From the NCBI GenBank assembly GCA_002742935.1, contig PDON01000064.1, forward strand, positions 8,514 through 72,513: a stretch of DNA of 64,000 bases. The letters run 5' to 3'. The notes beneath the pieces are model-generated. The model worked only from the letters and a program-made list of their open reading frames with translations. It made no database searches and was not told the DNA's origin. Shown here one piece after another: positions 1 through 9,719 of this stretch; the first letter of the stretch is position 1, and each line of letters starts with the position of its first letter. The position numbers and the translations under genes were made by a program. Source of the stretch: Candidatus Cloacimonadota bacterium. GTDB lineage: Bacteria; UBA4055.

Positions 1-1140
1 GATTGTGGTATTGTTCCTGTTCCTGAAAAAGATCTTCCTGTTACCCTTCCTGAAGGTGATCATATCGATTACAGACCAAAGGGTAAAGCACCTCTTTCAC
101 TTATAGATTCCTATATGAATACAAGCTGTCCAAAGTGTGGAAAAGCCGCTAAAAGAGATCCTGAAACTATGGACACATTTGTAGATTCTTCATGGTATTT
201 CCTAAGATATGTAAACCCTAAATTGGATGATAAACCTTTTGATAGTAACGAGGTAAATAGTTGGCTCCCTGCTGATCTCTACATTGGTGGTGCTGAACAT
301 ACAAACGGACACTTAATATACTCAAGATTTGTAACAAAAGTTTTATACGATATGGGATATATAAACTTTGAAGAACCATATAAAAAACTTGTACATCAAG
401 GTATGATTACAAGAAATGGTTCAAAGATGAGTAAGAGTAAAGGAAATGCTGTTTCTCCCGACTATTTTGTAGGAAAATATGGAACTGATGTGTTTAGACT
501 ATATGTTATGTTTATGACAAATTTTAGAGAAGGTGGAGATTGGTCAGATGAGGGTATTACCGGTCTTGATAGATTTGTAAATAGAATCTGGAGACAATTT
601 GTTGAAACAGAGTATGAGAATAGTGGAAATATGGTAATAGATCAAGATCTTAATTACTCTCTTCATAACACTATAAAGGAGGTTAGATCCAACTTAGAGG
701 ATTTATACTTTAATACTGCTATTTCCAGAATGATGGAGCTTTTTAATGAACTATCATCCTATACTAAAGACAGTAAAAGGTTTAATCCGGACTTCTACAA
801 CTTTGTTAAGGAGAAGTTTATACTGCTTTTAGCTCCTCTAGCTCCACATGTAAGTGAAGAGCTTTGGGAAAGATTAGGAAATAAACCTTCAATATTTAAT
901 CAAACAATGCCGGATTATGATGAAAAAGCTTTGGTTAAATCTACTCAGGTGGTGGTTGTTCAGGTTAATGGCAAGGTAAGAGCTAACATTGAAACCTCAA
1001 TTGAGGCTACGGATGATGAGATTAAGGATTTGGCTCTTAATGATACTAATGTCAAAAAGTTCTCTGAAGGTAAGACCATTGTCAAAACTATTTTGATAAA
1101 TAGAAAAGGTGGTAAAATGGTCAACCTTGTTGTTAAGTAG
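1..1140 (+). CDS. leuS: Leucine--tRNA ligase, C-terminal part; the 5' end lies upstream of the window
   Basis: The reading frame is open from nt 1 (DCGIVPVPEKDLPVTLPEGD...) and continues into the 115..1140 ORF. The ORF carries a LeuS zinc-knuckle and C-terminal anticodon-binding region (CPKCGKAAKRDPETMDTFVDSSWYFLRY, VQVNGKVRA). Confidence 0.88.
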   Translation, partial: DCGIVPVPEKDLPVTLPEGDHIDYRPKGKAPLSLIDSYMNTSCPKCGKAAKRDPETMDTFVDSSWYFLRYVNPKLDDKPFDSNEVNSWLPADLYIGGAEHTNGHLIYSRFVTKVLYDMGYINFEEPYKKLVHQGMITRNGSKMSKSKGNAVSPDYFVGKYGTDVFRLYVMFMTNFREGGDWSDEGITGLDRFVNRIWRQFVETEYENSGNMVIDQDLNYSLHNTIKEVRSNLEDLYFNTAISRMMELFNELSSYTKDSKRFNPDFYNFVKEKFILLLAPLAPHVSEELWERLGNKPSIFNQTMPDYDEKALVKSTQVVVVQVNGKVRANIETSIEATDDEIKDLALNDTNVKKFSEGKTIVKTILINRKGGKMVNLVVK

Positions 1141-1166
1141 AACTCTCTAGAGAGTTTTATTTAATT
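1141..1166 (+). terminator. Rho-independent terminator after leuS
   Basis: The palindrome aactctctagagagtt lies immediately after the stop and is followed by a T-rich run (ttatttaattt). Confidence 0.5.
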
Positions 1167-1449
1167 TGTCTAATAAGTTAGCTGCAAACTTATTAGGAAA
1201 TGATGCAAGACTTTTAACCTATAGGAAATTAATAATGTAAGAGAGAATGTAGAGAGAGGTTGTATCCTCTCTCTACATTAGTCTTCTGTAACTTTATAGT
1301 TTTTATGTTTTTAAAAGAAAATCCTAGATATAGAAATTGCTTAGAAAATGGATTATAGGAAGAAATAATCCTTTAAAGAATATTCATTTCTTCGGTATTT
1401 ATTTTATGAAATAGTATATTTAATAGATCCTAAAATCTATGGAGAAAAA

Positions 1450-2520
1450 ATGGTAGAAAAGAGTTTAAAACTTATAGCAGATGTTGATCAAATAAAGAGT
1501 AATATATCAAAAGTTTATAATAAAATATCTTCTCAAAATATAGGTTTTAGACCACATTTTAAAACTCATCAAAGTAGAATGATGGGCAAGTTTTTTAAAG
1601 ATTTTGATATAGATAAAATAACAGTTTCTTCCATACCTATGGCAGAATATTTTTCAGATCAGTTTAAGGATATAACCATAGCTTTTCCTTTAGATATTAA
1701 TGAAATAGAGAAATTAAACAGTATAGATAGAACTGTTACCCTAAATCTTTTAATTGTTGATCCTTTGCAGATAGAGTTCTTAAAAACTATTAAAAGGGAT
1801 ATAAATATATTTATAGAGATTGATTGCGGTTATGGAAGGTCCGGAGTTATTGCCAAAAATTTTGATATGATTGAAAAACTTATAAATGGTATAGAGGGTA
1901 TACAAAATTTATACTTTAAAGGTTTTCTAACCCATTCAGGTAACAGCTATGGAGCAAAATCAAAATTTGAGATAGAGAGTATCTATTATCATGACTTAGA
2001 ACTTATGAAAAGTTTAAAGGAAAGGTTTAAAAGTTCTAAACCAATAATCTCAATGGGGGATACTCCTTCTACTTCTATTGTTAAGGATTTTGGCGAAGTA
2101 GATGAGCTTAGACCGGGGAATTTCATATTTTACGATTTCATGCAAGTAGAACTTGGAGCTACAAAATATTCTAACATTGGAGTGTATTTAAAATCTTCAG
2201 TTGTTCAAACTAAAAAAGATAGCTTTGTTATATCAGCAGGAGCCGTAGATCTTTCAAAAGAGTTTATAATATCCAGTAATAAAATATCATACGGCAAAAT
2301 ATTTGACAGTAATGATAGAGAAAAAATTGTTGGAAATATTTATTCTCTTTCACAGGAGCATGGATTGGTTGAAGTTGTTGATAAGAACTGGTTTAAAGGT
2401 ATAAAGATTGGTGATTTTGTTAATATCTATCCTATTCACTCCTGTTTAACTGCGGACTGTTTAGGAAAGTACTATGGAAGTGATGAAAAGATCTATGACC
2501 ATTTTAAATTAAAAGGCTAG
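1450..2520 (+). CDS. PLP-dependent enzyme of the DSD1 / alanine-racemase-fold family (D-serine deaminase / D-threonine aldolase-like)
   Basis: The N-terminal RPHFKTHQS motif (PLP-lysine, HxKTHK-like) is typical of the alanine-racemase N-terminal domain in DSD1-family proteins. The 356 aa length fits the family. Confidence 0.55.
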   Translation: MVEKSLKLIADVDQIKSNISKVYNKISSQNIGFRPHFKTHQSRMMGKFFKDFDIDKITVSSIPMAEYFSDQFKDITIAFPLDINEIEKLNSIDRTVTLNLLIVDPLQIEFLKTIKRDINIFIEIDCGYGRSGVIAKNFDMIEKLINGIEGIQNLYFKGFLTHSGNSYGAKSKFEIESIYYHDLELMKSLKERFKSSKPIISMGDTPSTSIVKDFGEVDELRPGNFIFYDFMQVELGATKYSNIGVYLKSSVVQTKKDSFVISAGAVDLSKEFIISSNKISYGKIFDSNDREKIVGNIYSLSQEHGLVEVVDKNWFKGIKIGDFVNIYPIHSCLTADCLGKYYGSDEKIYDHFKLKG

Positions 2521-2891
2521 ATAATATCTTATGAAAAAATCAACATTATACTATTTAATAATTTCCAGAGATATTTTCTAAGTAAAATATAAGTGTTTTA
2601 TAATGATATCCACCAAAAACTATACAGTCAATATGGTAAAAAGAGTTCATAAAGCTAAAGATTTAGCTTAACTATCTCTTTGTTATCTTCATTGAAAGTG
2701 GGATACATTTATCCATCAAGAGTTCTGCTTATTTGGATTCGTTTTACTGTAACTTCTAAAGTTTTTTATCCTTCTAAAAGTAGACACTATTTATAAGATA
2801 GTGTAATTTTTGCAATATTTATCATATTTATATACCAATGTTGTAGTTAATCTTATAGTATACGGAAAACTAATTAATAGAGGAGTATTTT

Positions 2892-3353
2892 ATGAAGTAC
2901 CTGTTTACCCTAGCAGTTTTGCTATCTTTTACTTTTGTTTATTCGGTATCTTATGATTCAAAGGAATTAAAAAAAGTAAAAAAAGTTGAGAAAGTTGAGA
3001 AAGTAAAAAAAGTTGAGAAAAAAATTGATCTTAGACTTTGTGGAAATTGTGGAGAGGTTAAAGGTAGTGAAAATTGCTGTAAGCCAAATATGAAGGAATG
3101 CAGTAATTGTGGACTACATAAAGGATCTCCTGGATGTTGTAAGATGGAAAAAGGAAAAGATCTCAAGCTTTGTATTAAGTGTGGCGAGGTTAAAGGAAGT
3201 AAAAAATGTTGTGATCCTAAAATTAAAAAGTGTTCTAAGTGTGGATTACATAAAGGATCTCCGGCTTGTTGTGTAAAACATAAGCATAGAGATTATAAGA
3301 AGAAGATTAAAAAAGATCCTGCTTCTTGTAAAGTAAAGAGTAGTTGTAATTAG
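2892..3353 (+). CDS. Secreted cysteine-rich, lysine-rich repeat protein; putative metal-binding, metallothionein-like
   Basis: It has an N-terminal signal peptide, a KVEKVEKVKKVEK tract, and two 44-aa repeats each with 8 Cys in the pattern CxxC-x7-CC-x6-CxxC-x7-CC. The RBS is aggag-like (tagaggag). Confidence 0.55.
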   Translation: MKYLFTLAVLLSFTFVYSVSYDSKELKKVKKVEKVEKVKKVEKKIDLRLCGNCGEVKGSENCCKPNMKECSNCGLHKGSPGCCKMEKGKDLKLCIKCGEVKGSKKCCDPKIKKCSKCGLHKGSPACCVKHKHRDYKKKIKKDPASCKVKSSCN

Positions 3354-3400
3354 AAAAGGTTCAGGGCTCGCCGGAGAGAAGCAATTTTTAAGACAATATG

Positions 3401-3428
3401 AGGGTGGAAATTTCCACCCTTTTTTATT
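3401..3428 (+). terminator. Rho-independent terminator
   Basis: A perfect 20-nt palindrome agggtggaaatttccaccct is followed by tttttatt. Confidence 0.6.
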
Positions 3429-3612
3429 GTATTATTATTTGGTTTTGCTTTCTTAAAAGATTAATATTTAAGATATGGTTAAGTTATTTTTTTGTTGATA
3501 ATGATAAAAAGTTATACAATTAATGTAGCTCCTACTGAAAAAAGGATAGAAAATTATTAATAATCCTAAGTAAGTTAACACAAGATTTATGATGAGATCA
3601 TTATAAACGGGC

Positions 3613-4358
3613 TCATTCATATATCTCATTTTCTATTATCGGTAGTATCTTTTCTGACCATTTTTTGTAACCCATTCCGTTCAAATGAACACCATCATCA
3701 TTACAGTATTCGTTGCGTAATTTACCATTATTTGAAAATACTTTATTCAGTTCTATATATTGTATACTATTTTTTTCACACATATTTCTAATTTTCTCAT
3801 TAACAATTTTTACACTCTTATTATTTTTTTCCCATGAATCAAATTTTTCAGAAAGATATAATATTGAAAAAATAAAGGGCTTTATATTATGTTCTTTTAG
3901 CTCCTTAACAATTTTATATAGGTTATCTACAATATTTTCAGGGGTTACTCCTTTTCCAATATCATTTATTCCTCTCCCATTATAAAGCATATCTTTGGTT
4001 CTGCTTTATAAATATATTCCATTCTTGATAAGAATCCTTCAGTTGTATCACTACCAATACCTCTGTTTATTATATCATTTCTGTTTAGAAGTTCATTCCA
4101 ATTAACTCCATATGTAATGGAGTTCCCAAGCATAACTATATTGCCTTTTTTATTGTACTGTTTATAAAGGTCTATCTCTTTGGTATATTCACAATTTTTT
4201 TGATATTCTTTTCTCATATCAAATTGATTATAAAACCTTTTATATACTCTTAAGGGATAATCTTCTCTAATTATTATAAAAACAAGTATAAATAATAATA
4301 TAATATTTGAGACTATAAGAAACCTTTTTCCAGCCTTTACCTTAATTCTATCAAACAT
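3613..4358 (-). pseudogene. SGNH/GDSL-family hydrolase split by a frameshift, with an N-terminal membrane anchor
   Basis: ORF 3966..4358 carries SGNH blocks I and II (GNSITYG; GIGSDTT). ORF 3613..3990 carries blocks III and V (GINDIG; DGVHLN). The two overlap by 25 nt in different frames at the ataatgggagaggaataaatgat junction. Confidence 0.6.
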
Positions 4359-4631
4359 AAGAAACCTTTTCTATTTAGTAATTATAACTAAAACATATCT
4401 ATTTGATATGATATATATCTAATGAAATATTTTTTTATTTGAAATACTCTATAATCGGAAAAGACCAATTATAGAGTATTTTTATATTCATTAATCAAAA
4501 GATTATAAGTAGTTTCTATTCAATTAAATAACTTCAAAAATAATATTTTGATGAAAGTCTCAAAAAGATTACTAACGAGAATTAAAAATAGTTATAGTCG
4601 AATTTTTTTTCATTACTCCCTTTAAATATAT

Positions 4632-5738
4632 TTATTTATAATCTTTATTTGATATCTCTTTCCCTAGTTTATACTCTGTTTCCTGTATAAGTTTTCCTGC
4701 TAAATCATATCGCTTCCAAGTTCCATCTTTTTCGTCATTTTTATAATTACCTTCCCAGTTTACTCTGTTTGCTTCATTGTAGCTTTTATATAAACCATTC
4801 AGAACATCATCTTTATAAGTTCTTTCGGCAACTAAACGACCATCCTCTTCATAGAAAGTTTTCCAAATGCCTGTTTTAAAATCATCTTTGTAATTTCCCT
4901 CTTCCAGTTTAATACCTTTTTCACTGTATTTTTCAAAAAGACCATTTTTTTTGCCATGAGAAAAATTTAGAACTTCTTTTTTATTTCCATTTTTGTAGAA
5001 AACAACTACTTGTTCTATTTGATCTTTACTAAATGTTTCTTCACTCAGTAAAATTCCATCTTGATTATATCTCTTCTGTTTCCCATCCAGTTTGAAGTCT
5101 TTAAAGGTTTTATCAATTGACAACTTACCGTTAGGATAGTAACCTTTATGTCTGTAAGTTCCCTCATTCTCATATTCTCTTTCCCAATCTATTTTCCCAT
5201 CTGAATGTCTTTGCTCGGAATGCCCAAAATGTACGCCCTCTTTATAGTTTTCGGTAACATAGATTACAGCATTATTGGTAGTTTTACCTTTTTTCCACCA
5301 TTTCCCTTCTGCTTTACCATGTTTGTAGAACTCACGAGCTTTAACCTCTCCTTTATCATCAAAGTATTCCCATTTCCCTTCCTGTTTCCCATCTACAAAT
5401 TCACCTTCTGTACTCACTTTTCCATTTTGATGAAAACGTTTATAGTTTCCGTGTGTTTTACCATTTTTAAAAGATTTTTCACACAGCTTATGCTCTTTGT
5501 AGTCGTAATCTGTTTGGTTTCCAACTTTCTTTCCACCTTTAAAATGAACATCTATAAAATTACCTCGACTATCTGCAATTTTATAATGACCGTCTAAAAG
5601 ATTATTTGAATTATCTTTATACAAAATATCAGTACCAAACCTTTGCTCCTTAATCTCATTTTCCATTACCAAGTTTTGTGCAAAAATTTGTGATGCTATC
5701 AATAAACATCCGGCTATCAAGATTGCGATTCTTTTCAT
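4632..5738 (-). CDS. MORN-repeat-variant (YwqK-like) lipoprotein
   Basis: It has a signal peptide ending LIAGCLL and many GxxxGxWxxYxxNGK-like repeats (GKKVGNQTDY..., GKTHGNYKRFHQNGK..., GKQEGKWEYFDDKGE...). Confidence 0.55.
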   Translation of the reverse strand: MKRIAILIAGCLLIASQIFAQNLVMENEIKEQRFGTDILYKDNSNNLLDGHYKIADSRGNFIDVHFKGGKKVGNQTDYDYKEHKLCEKSFKNGKTHGNYKRFHQNGKVSTEGEFVDGKQEGKWEYFDDKGEVKAREFYKHGKAEGKWWKKGKTTNNAVIYVTENYKEGVHFGHSEQRHSDGKIDWEREYENEGTYRHKGYYPNGKLSIDKTFKDFKLDGKQKRYNQDGILLSEETFSKDQIEQVVVFYKNGNKKEVLNFSHGKKNGLFEKYSEKGIKLEEGNYKDDFKTGIWKTFYEEDGRLVAERTYKDDVLNGLYKSYNEANRVNWEGNYKNDEKDGTWKRYDLAGKLIQETEYKLGKEISNKDYK

Positions 5739-5845
5739 AAATCCTTCCTTTTCTATTTGATATTAAAAGCTGTAAAAAAGAAATATAATCACTCTTATCT
5801 TTATAACAACTATTTAAACTTTCCGTTATTTAAGAAGATTCTTAA

Positions 5846-6244
5846 CTATTTTTTTAGTTCTAAATCTAAATATCTACTACTTCCAATAGTTATGTAATAT
5901 AGGGGATATAATAATATAACTCCTGCTACTGCCAAAAAAAGAATAACTTTAGTAAACATAAAGAGCATTACAAAAAGCATAAAAACACCTTTTATTAGAT
6001 CCTCATATTTAAAACTATTTAGATTTAGAGTTACTACTTCATCATCTTCAAGGTCAACTTTTATTTTCTTGCTTCCACACCAAGCAGATTTTGCATAAAC
6101 TTCATGTTTGCCTTTCTCCAACTCATACTCTTTTGTCTCTTTCTTTATTTCTCCAAGAGCTTTTTCATCAATATAAACCTTTGCAGGTTTATTGCTTACT
6201 ATCTTAATTTTTCCCATTTTGCTCTCTTTTGTAATATCTTCCAT
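5846..6244 (-). CDS. PEGA-domain-like protein with a C-terminal transmembrane helix
   Basis: KIKIVSNKPAKVYIDEKALGEI...LEKGKHEVYAK fits the PEGA pattern. The C-terminal half is hydrophobic. Confidence 0.35.
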   Translation of the reverse strand: MEDITKESKMGKIKIVSNKPAKVYIDEKALGEIKKETKEYELEKGKHEVYAKSAWCGSKKIKVDLEDDEVVTLNLNSFKYEDLIKGVFMLFVMLFMFTKVILFLAVAGVILLYPLYYITIGSSRYLDLELKK

Positions 6245-6857
6245 TTTATCCTCCCTCCATTAATGAATAACAGTACAATTTGTTAAGAGATATTAAACAT
6301 CTACATTCTTTGAAATATAACTCTTCTTATAATGTTTTATTGGTAATTACTAATAAATGATAAACAACTAATCAAAGTATAAATTATCATTACTATTAAA
6401 AGTTCTTACTTTAAAATAATAATGTCAACTCTATTGGTAATATTTTTTTACACAAAATTAAGCTATAATTTAACCTTTTATATTTGATAGGTAGTATATC
6501 CTGAAAAAGGATAAGAATATATTATTTAATATTTTATATGATTATTATTGAAAAAGAATTCAAGTTTTTAAAGTGTGATCTATGCAAACTTTAAGTTTAA
6601 TATAAAGAAAAAAGAATAAAGCAAAAATTTAGATTTACTCTTTCTTTGTGATCTATGCTAGAGTGGATTCCTATTATTTGTCTATCTTAAGCTTTGTTTA
6701 TTGGGTTATAATACCATTATCTTTAAAACTATTTCCGTAGCCATAAATCCAATTTAAAATTCTTAAATAAGATTTTTTTAAGTAGACCTTGGAGATAATT
6801 GTGAATTGTGTTTAAATTAGGGTTTTGTTATTAAATATATCAACCAGTAAAGTTAAG

Positions 6858-7604
6858 CTACTTGGATCTTATATTATATCTCTTCTTCAATAATTCAATT
6901 TTTTTGGTATCACTAATTGGAATTCTGAGCTTTCTTATTTTTACAAAATCTTTACTTGTAGTTTCTAAACTTGGAATAAAACCTTTATGAAGGGTAATAA
7001 ATTCAATAAAATTTTTACCTGTCTTAATTTTTTTAATTTTAATCTTATTTCTCCAATCTGAAAAACTCAAGGGGAAAATCCATCTATTTACAAATATTAC
7101 TTCTCTGTAAAACTTTATTATGTATTTTTCTGAAAAAATATTGTTTACCAACTCATCTTTAATATATTTTCCCAAAATAATAAATAGAGGTAATAAAAAA
7201 GATAAAAATAGATTCAGTAAAACAAAAAATACAACAGGATCTTCCTTATAAATAATTATAAAAAGAAAGGAAAACGGAAGTAAAAATGAAATAAGGATTG
7301 CAATCTTTACAAAAAAAGTTTTTAGGTAATCTTTTTTTCTATTCTCCAACCAAACTTTTTTATCAATTTCCAGTTCTAAAATAAAATCATAGCTCTTTAT
7401 AAAATCCTGCTTTGACTTGATTAAGTAGTAAAATATTTTTAGAACTATTGCTGTGGAGATAAGATATGAAAAGATGAGAAAGGATTTATCTAAGGCAATA
7501 AGCTCTTCTGAAACCAATACTAACAAAGATCCCATAGAAATACACATAAAAGTAACTAAACTAAGAATTATAATTACTTGCTTAAAAGGATGTATTTCAT
7601 TCAT
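6858..7604 (-). CDS. Hypothetical polytopic membrane protein
   Basis: This is a 248-aa ORF with several hydrophobic segments and no recognisable motif. Confidence 0.35.
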   Translation of the reverse strand: MNEIHPFKQVIIILSLVTFMCISMGSLLVLVSEELIALDKSFLIFSYLISTAIVLKIFYYLIKSKQDFIKSYDFILELEIDKKVWLENRKKDYLKTFFVKIAILISFLLPFSFLFIIIYKEDPVVFFVLLNLFLSFLLPLFIILGKYIKDELVNNIFSEKYIIKFYREVIFVNRWIFPLSFSDWRNKIKIKKIKTGKNFIEFITLHKGFIPSLETTSKDFVKIRKLRIPISDTKKIELLKKRYNIRSK

Positions 7605-7670
7605 ACTGTATATTCATTTTAATTATACTTATCAATAAATATAAAATTAATACTTTAAGAAGGGAAGGTT

Positions 7671-7710
7671 ATAGCCTAAAAGAAGCTCAAATGAGATTCT
7701 TTTAGGCTAT
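7671..7710. other. 14-bp-stem intergenic hairpin
   Basis: Arms atagcctaaaagaa and ttcttttaggctat form a perfect inverted repeat around a 12-nt loop. Confidence 0.3.
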
Positions 7711-7723
7711 TAATTTGTAAGTA

Positions 7724-9535
7724 CTATTTAACAAGTATCATCTTCTTAGTTTCACTAAAACCATTTACGGAAAGTTTATAGAAATAAACACCGGAATTTA
7801 AGCTTTCAGCATTAAATTCAACGGAGTGGTAACCACTACCCATATCTCTATCTATGAGAGTATTAATAATCTCACCGTTTGAGTTGAAAATTTGGAGTTT
7901 AACGCTAGAATCATCTGAAATTTTGAAATTTATAGAAGTTTTAGGGTTAAATGGATTTGGATAATTTTGTGAAAGATAAAACCCTTTTACCATATTTAAC
8001 TCGTTAGTTGATATCCCGGAGCTAAAAGATATAGATACATTATCAATAGACCAGTTGTTTATTTGATAAGAGTCTCCTGAAAATTGGAAAGCTATATATA
8101 GAGAACTTGACCCAACATGATTGTTTGAAATTTCCATAAAAAATGACTCAGGACCAATATTTTGGGTGTTGTCAAAAGTATGAACAACTTCCCAATTCAC
8201 ACTATCTGTAGAGGTGACAATTTTACAATCATAACCAGGTCCATAATAGTTTATCATATGATCAAAAGATAAAAAAACAGAAGATTTTCCCGAAGTATCT
8301 AGAGGTTTAACTATAAGATATTGTTCTCCAACAGTAGCAGGATTCCAATAAAACTCCGCTTCAGGAGAAGAACCTCCCGCATTGCTTGAATATCCATGCC
8401 TCCAATTATTACCTTTAACTATCCAACCTTCAGGAGGGAAGTTTTCAAACCCTTCAAACACTAAAGTATTACCGGTAATAAAGGAAACCGTATTTGATAC
8501 AGCCTCTAATCCTGCTCCTATATTATTAACAGCGACAACAGTATAATTGTAGTTTGAAGATAGAGGTATAGTGTTGTCTGAAAATGAGGTAGCCATACCC
8601 TCTAAAGTAAACTCTTGTCCATCATTTCTGGTAATAGAGTAAGAGATTATAGAGTCATAAATATACAAACCACCATTAGCTCCAACTGTAGGGTTTTCCC
8701 AACTTAATTCTGCTATACCCTCATTGTTAACAAGTGTAAGGTTATTAACCATTCCCGGTACATCTTCACCAACATAAATTGATGTTTTTGTAGGTAATCC
8801 CTCACCTGCTTCATTAACACCAACAATCTTATAGGTGTACAAACCACTTTCAGGTATTGAACTATCCATATACTCTTTCTCTTCACCCATTTCAGGAGAA
8901 TCAAAACTTGTTATGAGGGTTTCGTTTCTATAAAGCTTAACAGCTGTAAGAGAAGTTAAAGGCTCTCCACTAAATGTAATACTAGGATTTTTCCACGAAA
9001 GATCAACATTAAAAGAGTTATTGTTATTTAATGTTGAAGTAAAATCTGTTGGAGCTCCCGGAGCACCACTATCAAACATTTCATTCATTGCAAGCTTTAA
9101 TTGAACATCAAAGTTTCTATCATTGTCATTATAGTAAACCTTATAGTCTCTGCCTATCACACCAAACAAAGGTACATATCCATTTGAAAAGCCACCTGAG
9201 TTGTCATACAGAGGCAAAGATATTGGATAGTTTTGATTTTCCCAATTTTCAGTACAAACCCAAAAAGATCTTCCTGCCCACTCGGTTCCGGAATTTTCTC
9301 CGTAAATTTCCGCCCATTTCTCCTGTAATATCGGCGCCGCCGAGGTACAGCCACCTCACCACGACTGACCCCAAAAAATCATTACTACTTTACCTTCATC
9401 AACCTGCTCATAGATTGATGTTTCTAAACCATCTTCTGTAGTGAAGCTGATGTTTTCACATACATCCCCTATAGCATATTCTGCTGGAAGTAGAGAAGCC
9501 AAAACCATTAAAAATAAAATTAAAGTTTTTTTCAT
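7724..9535 (-). CDS. Secreted TlpA-like thioredoxin-fold selenoprotein (UGGC motif) fused to Fn3/beta-sandwich domains and a T9SS C-terminal sorting domain; paralog 1. The ORF track shows only 7724..9217
   Basis: ATG at 9535 has an AAGGAGGG RBS and is followed by signal peptide MKKTLILFLMVLASLLPAEYA. The frame is open apart from a single in-frame TGA at 9358..9356 (codon 60) in the context VVMIFWGQSW-U-GGCTSAAPIL. A thioredoxin-like cis-Pro region (GYVPLFGVIGRDYKV) follows. The C-terminus (NYPNPFNP...VYFYKLSVNGF...MILVK) is a classic T9SS sorting tail. Confidence 0.55.
9318..9358 (-). promoter_or_regulatory. Candidate bacterial SECIS element directly 3' of the in-frame UGA of paralog 1
   Basis: UGA-GGU-GGC-UGU-ACC-UCG-GCG-GCG-CCG is an anomalously GC-rich codon choice in an AT-rich genome. 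GAGGU/ACCUC and CGGC-GGC-GCCG mini-hairpins can form. The same block is conserved at nucleotide level in paralog 2. Confidence 0.3.
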
Positions 9536-9667
9536 AAAAGTACCCTCCTTATGTAAGACATTTACGTATAAATTTATCTCTATAATAATATAACAAACAA
9601 AAAAAATAGCATGCTGGCAAGAGAAAAAAATATTTAAAACTAGTTAATATAGTCTCACATTTAAAAT

Positions 9668-9700
9668 AAAAAGCCTCCAATTTTGGAGGCTTTTTATTTT
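9668..9700. terminator. Terminator hairpin downstream of paralog 2, usable from either strand
   Basis: aaaagcctccaattttggaggctttt is flanked by A/T runs on both sides. Confidence 0.5.
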
Positions 9701-9719
9701 AAATATTTTTAAGAAAGTG

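Noticed and set aside
2951-3166. 71-aa minus-strand ORF antisense to the Cys-rich protein gene
   Set aside because: It lies entirely within a better-supported plus-strand CDS. Its low-complexity translation is an artifact of the repetitive opposite strand. The same applies to the other listed antisense ORFs (3713..3985+, 5205..5597+, 8713..8904-, 9049..9441+, 9157..9354-, and others).
3358-3382. GC-rich segment right after the Cys-rich protein TAG stop as a possible readthrough or recoding signal
   Set aside because: The stop is TAG, not TGA. The continuation frame ends after 18 codons with no conserved domain. The segment is more simply part of the terminator region.
9356-9358. In-frame TGA as evidence of an alternative genetic code (code 4 UGA=Trp or code 25 UGA=Gly)
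   Set aside because: Dozens of long ORFs in the window (up to 710 aa) terminate at TGA and are otherwise uninterrupted. UGA is therefore a normal stop here. Only the two paralogs have a context-specific in-frame UGA, which fits Sec recoding.
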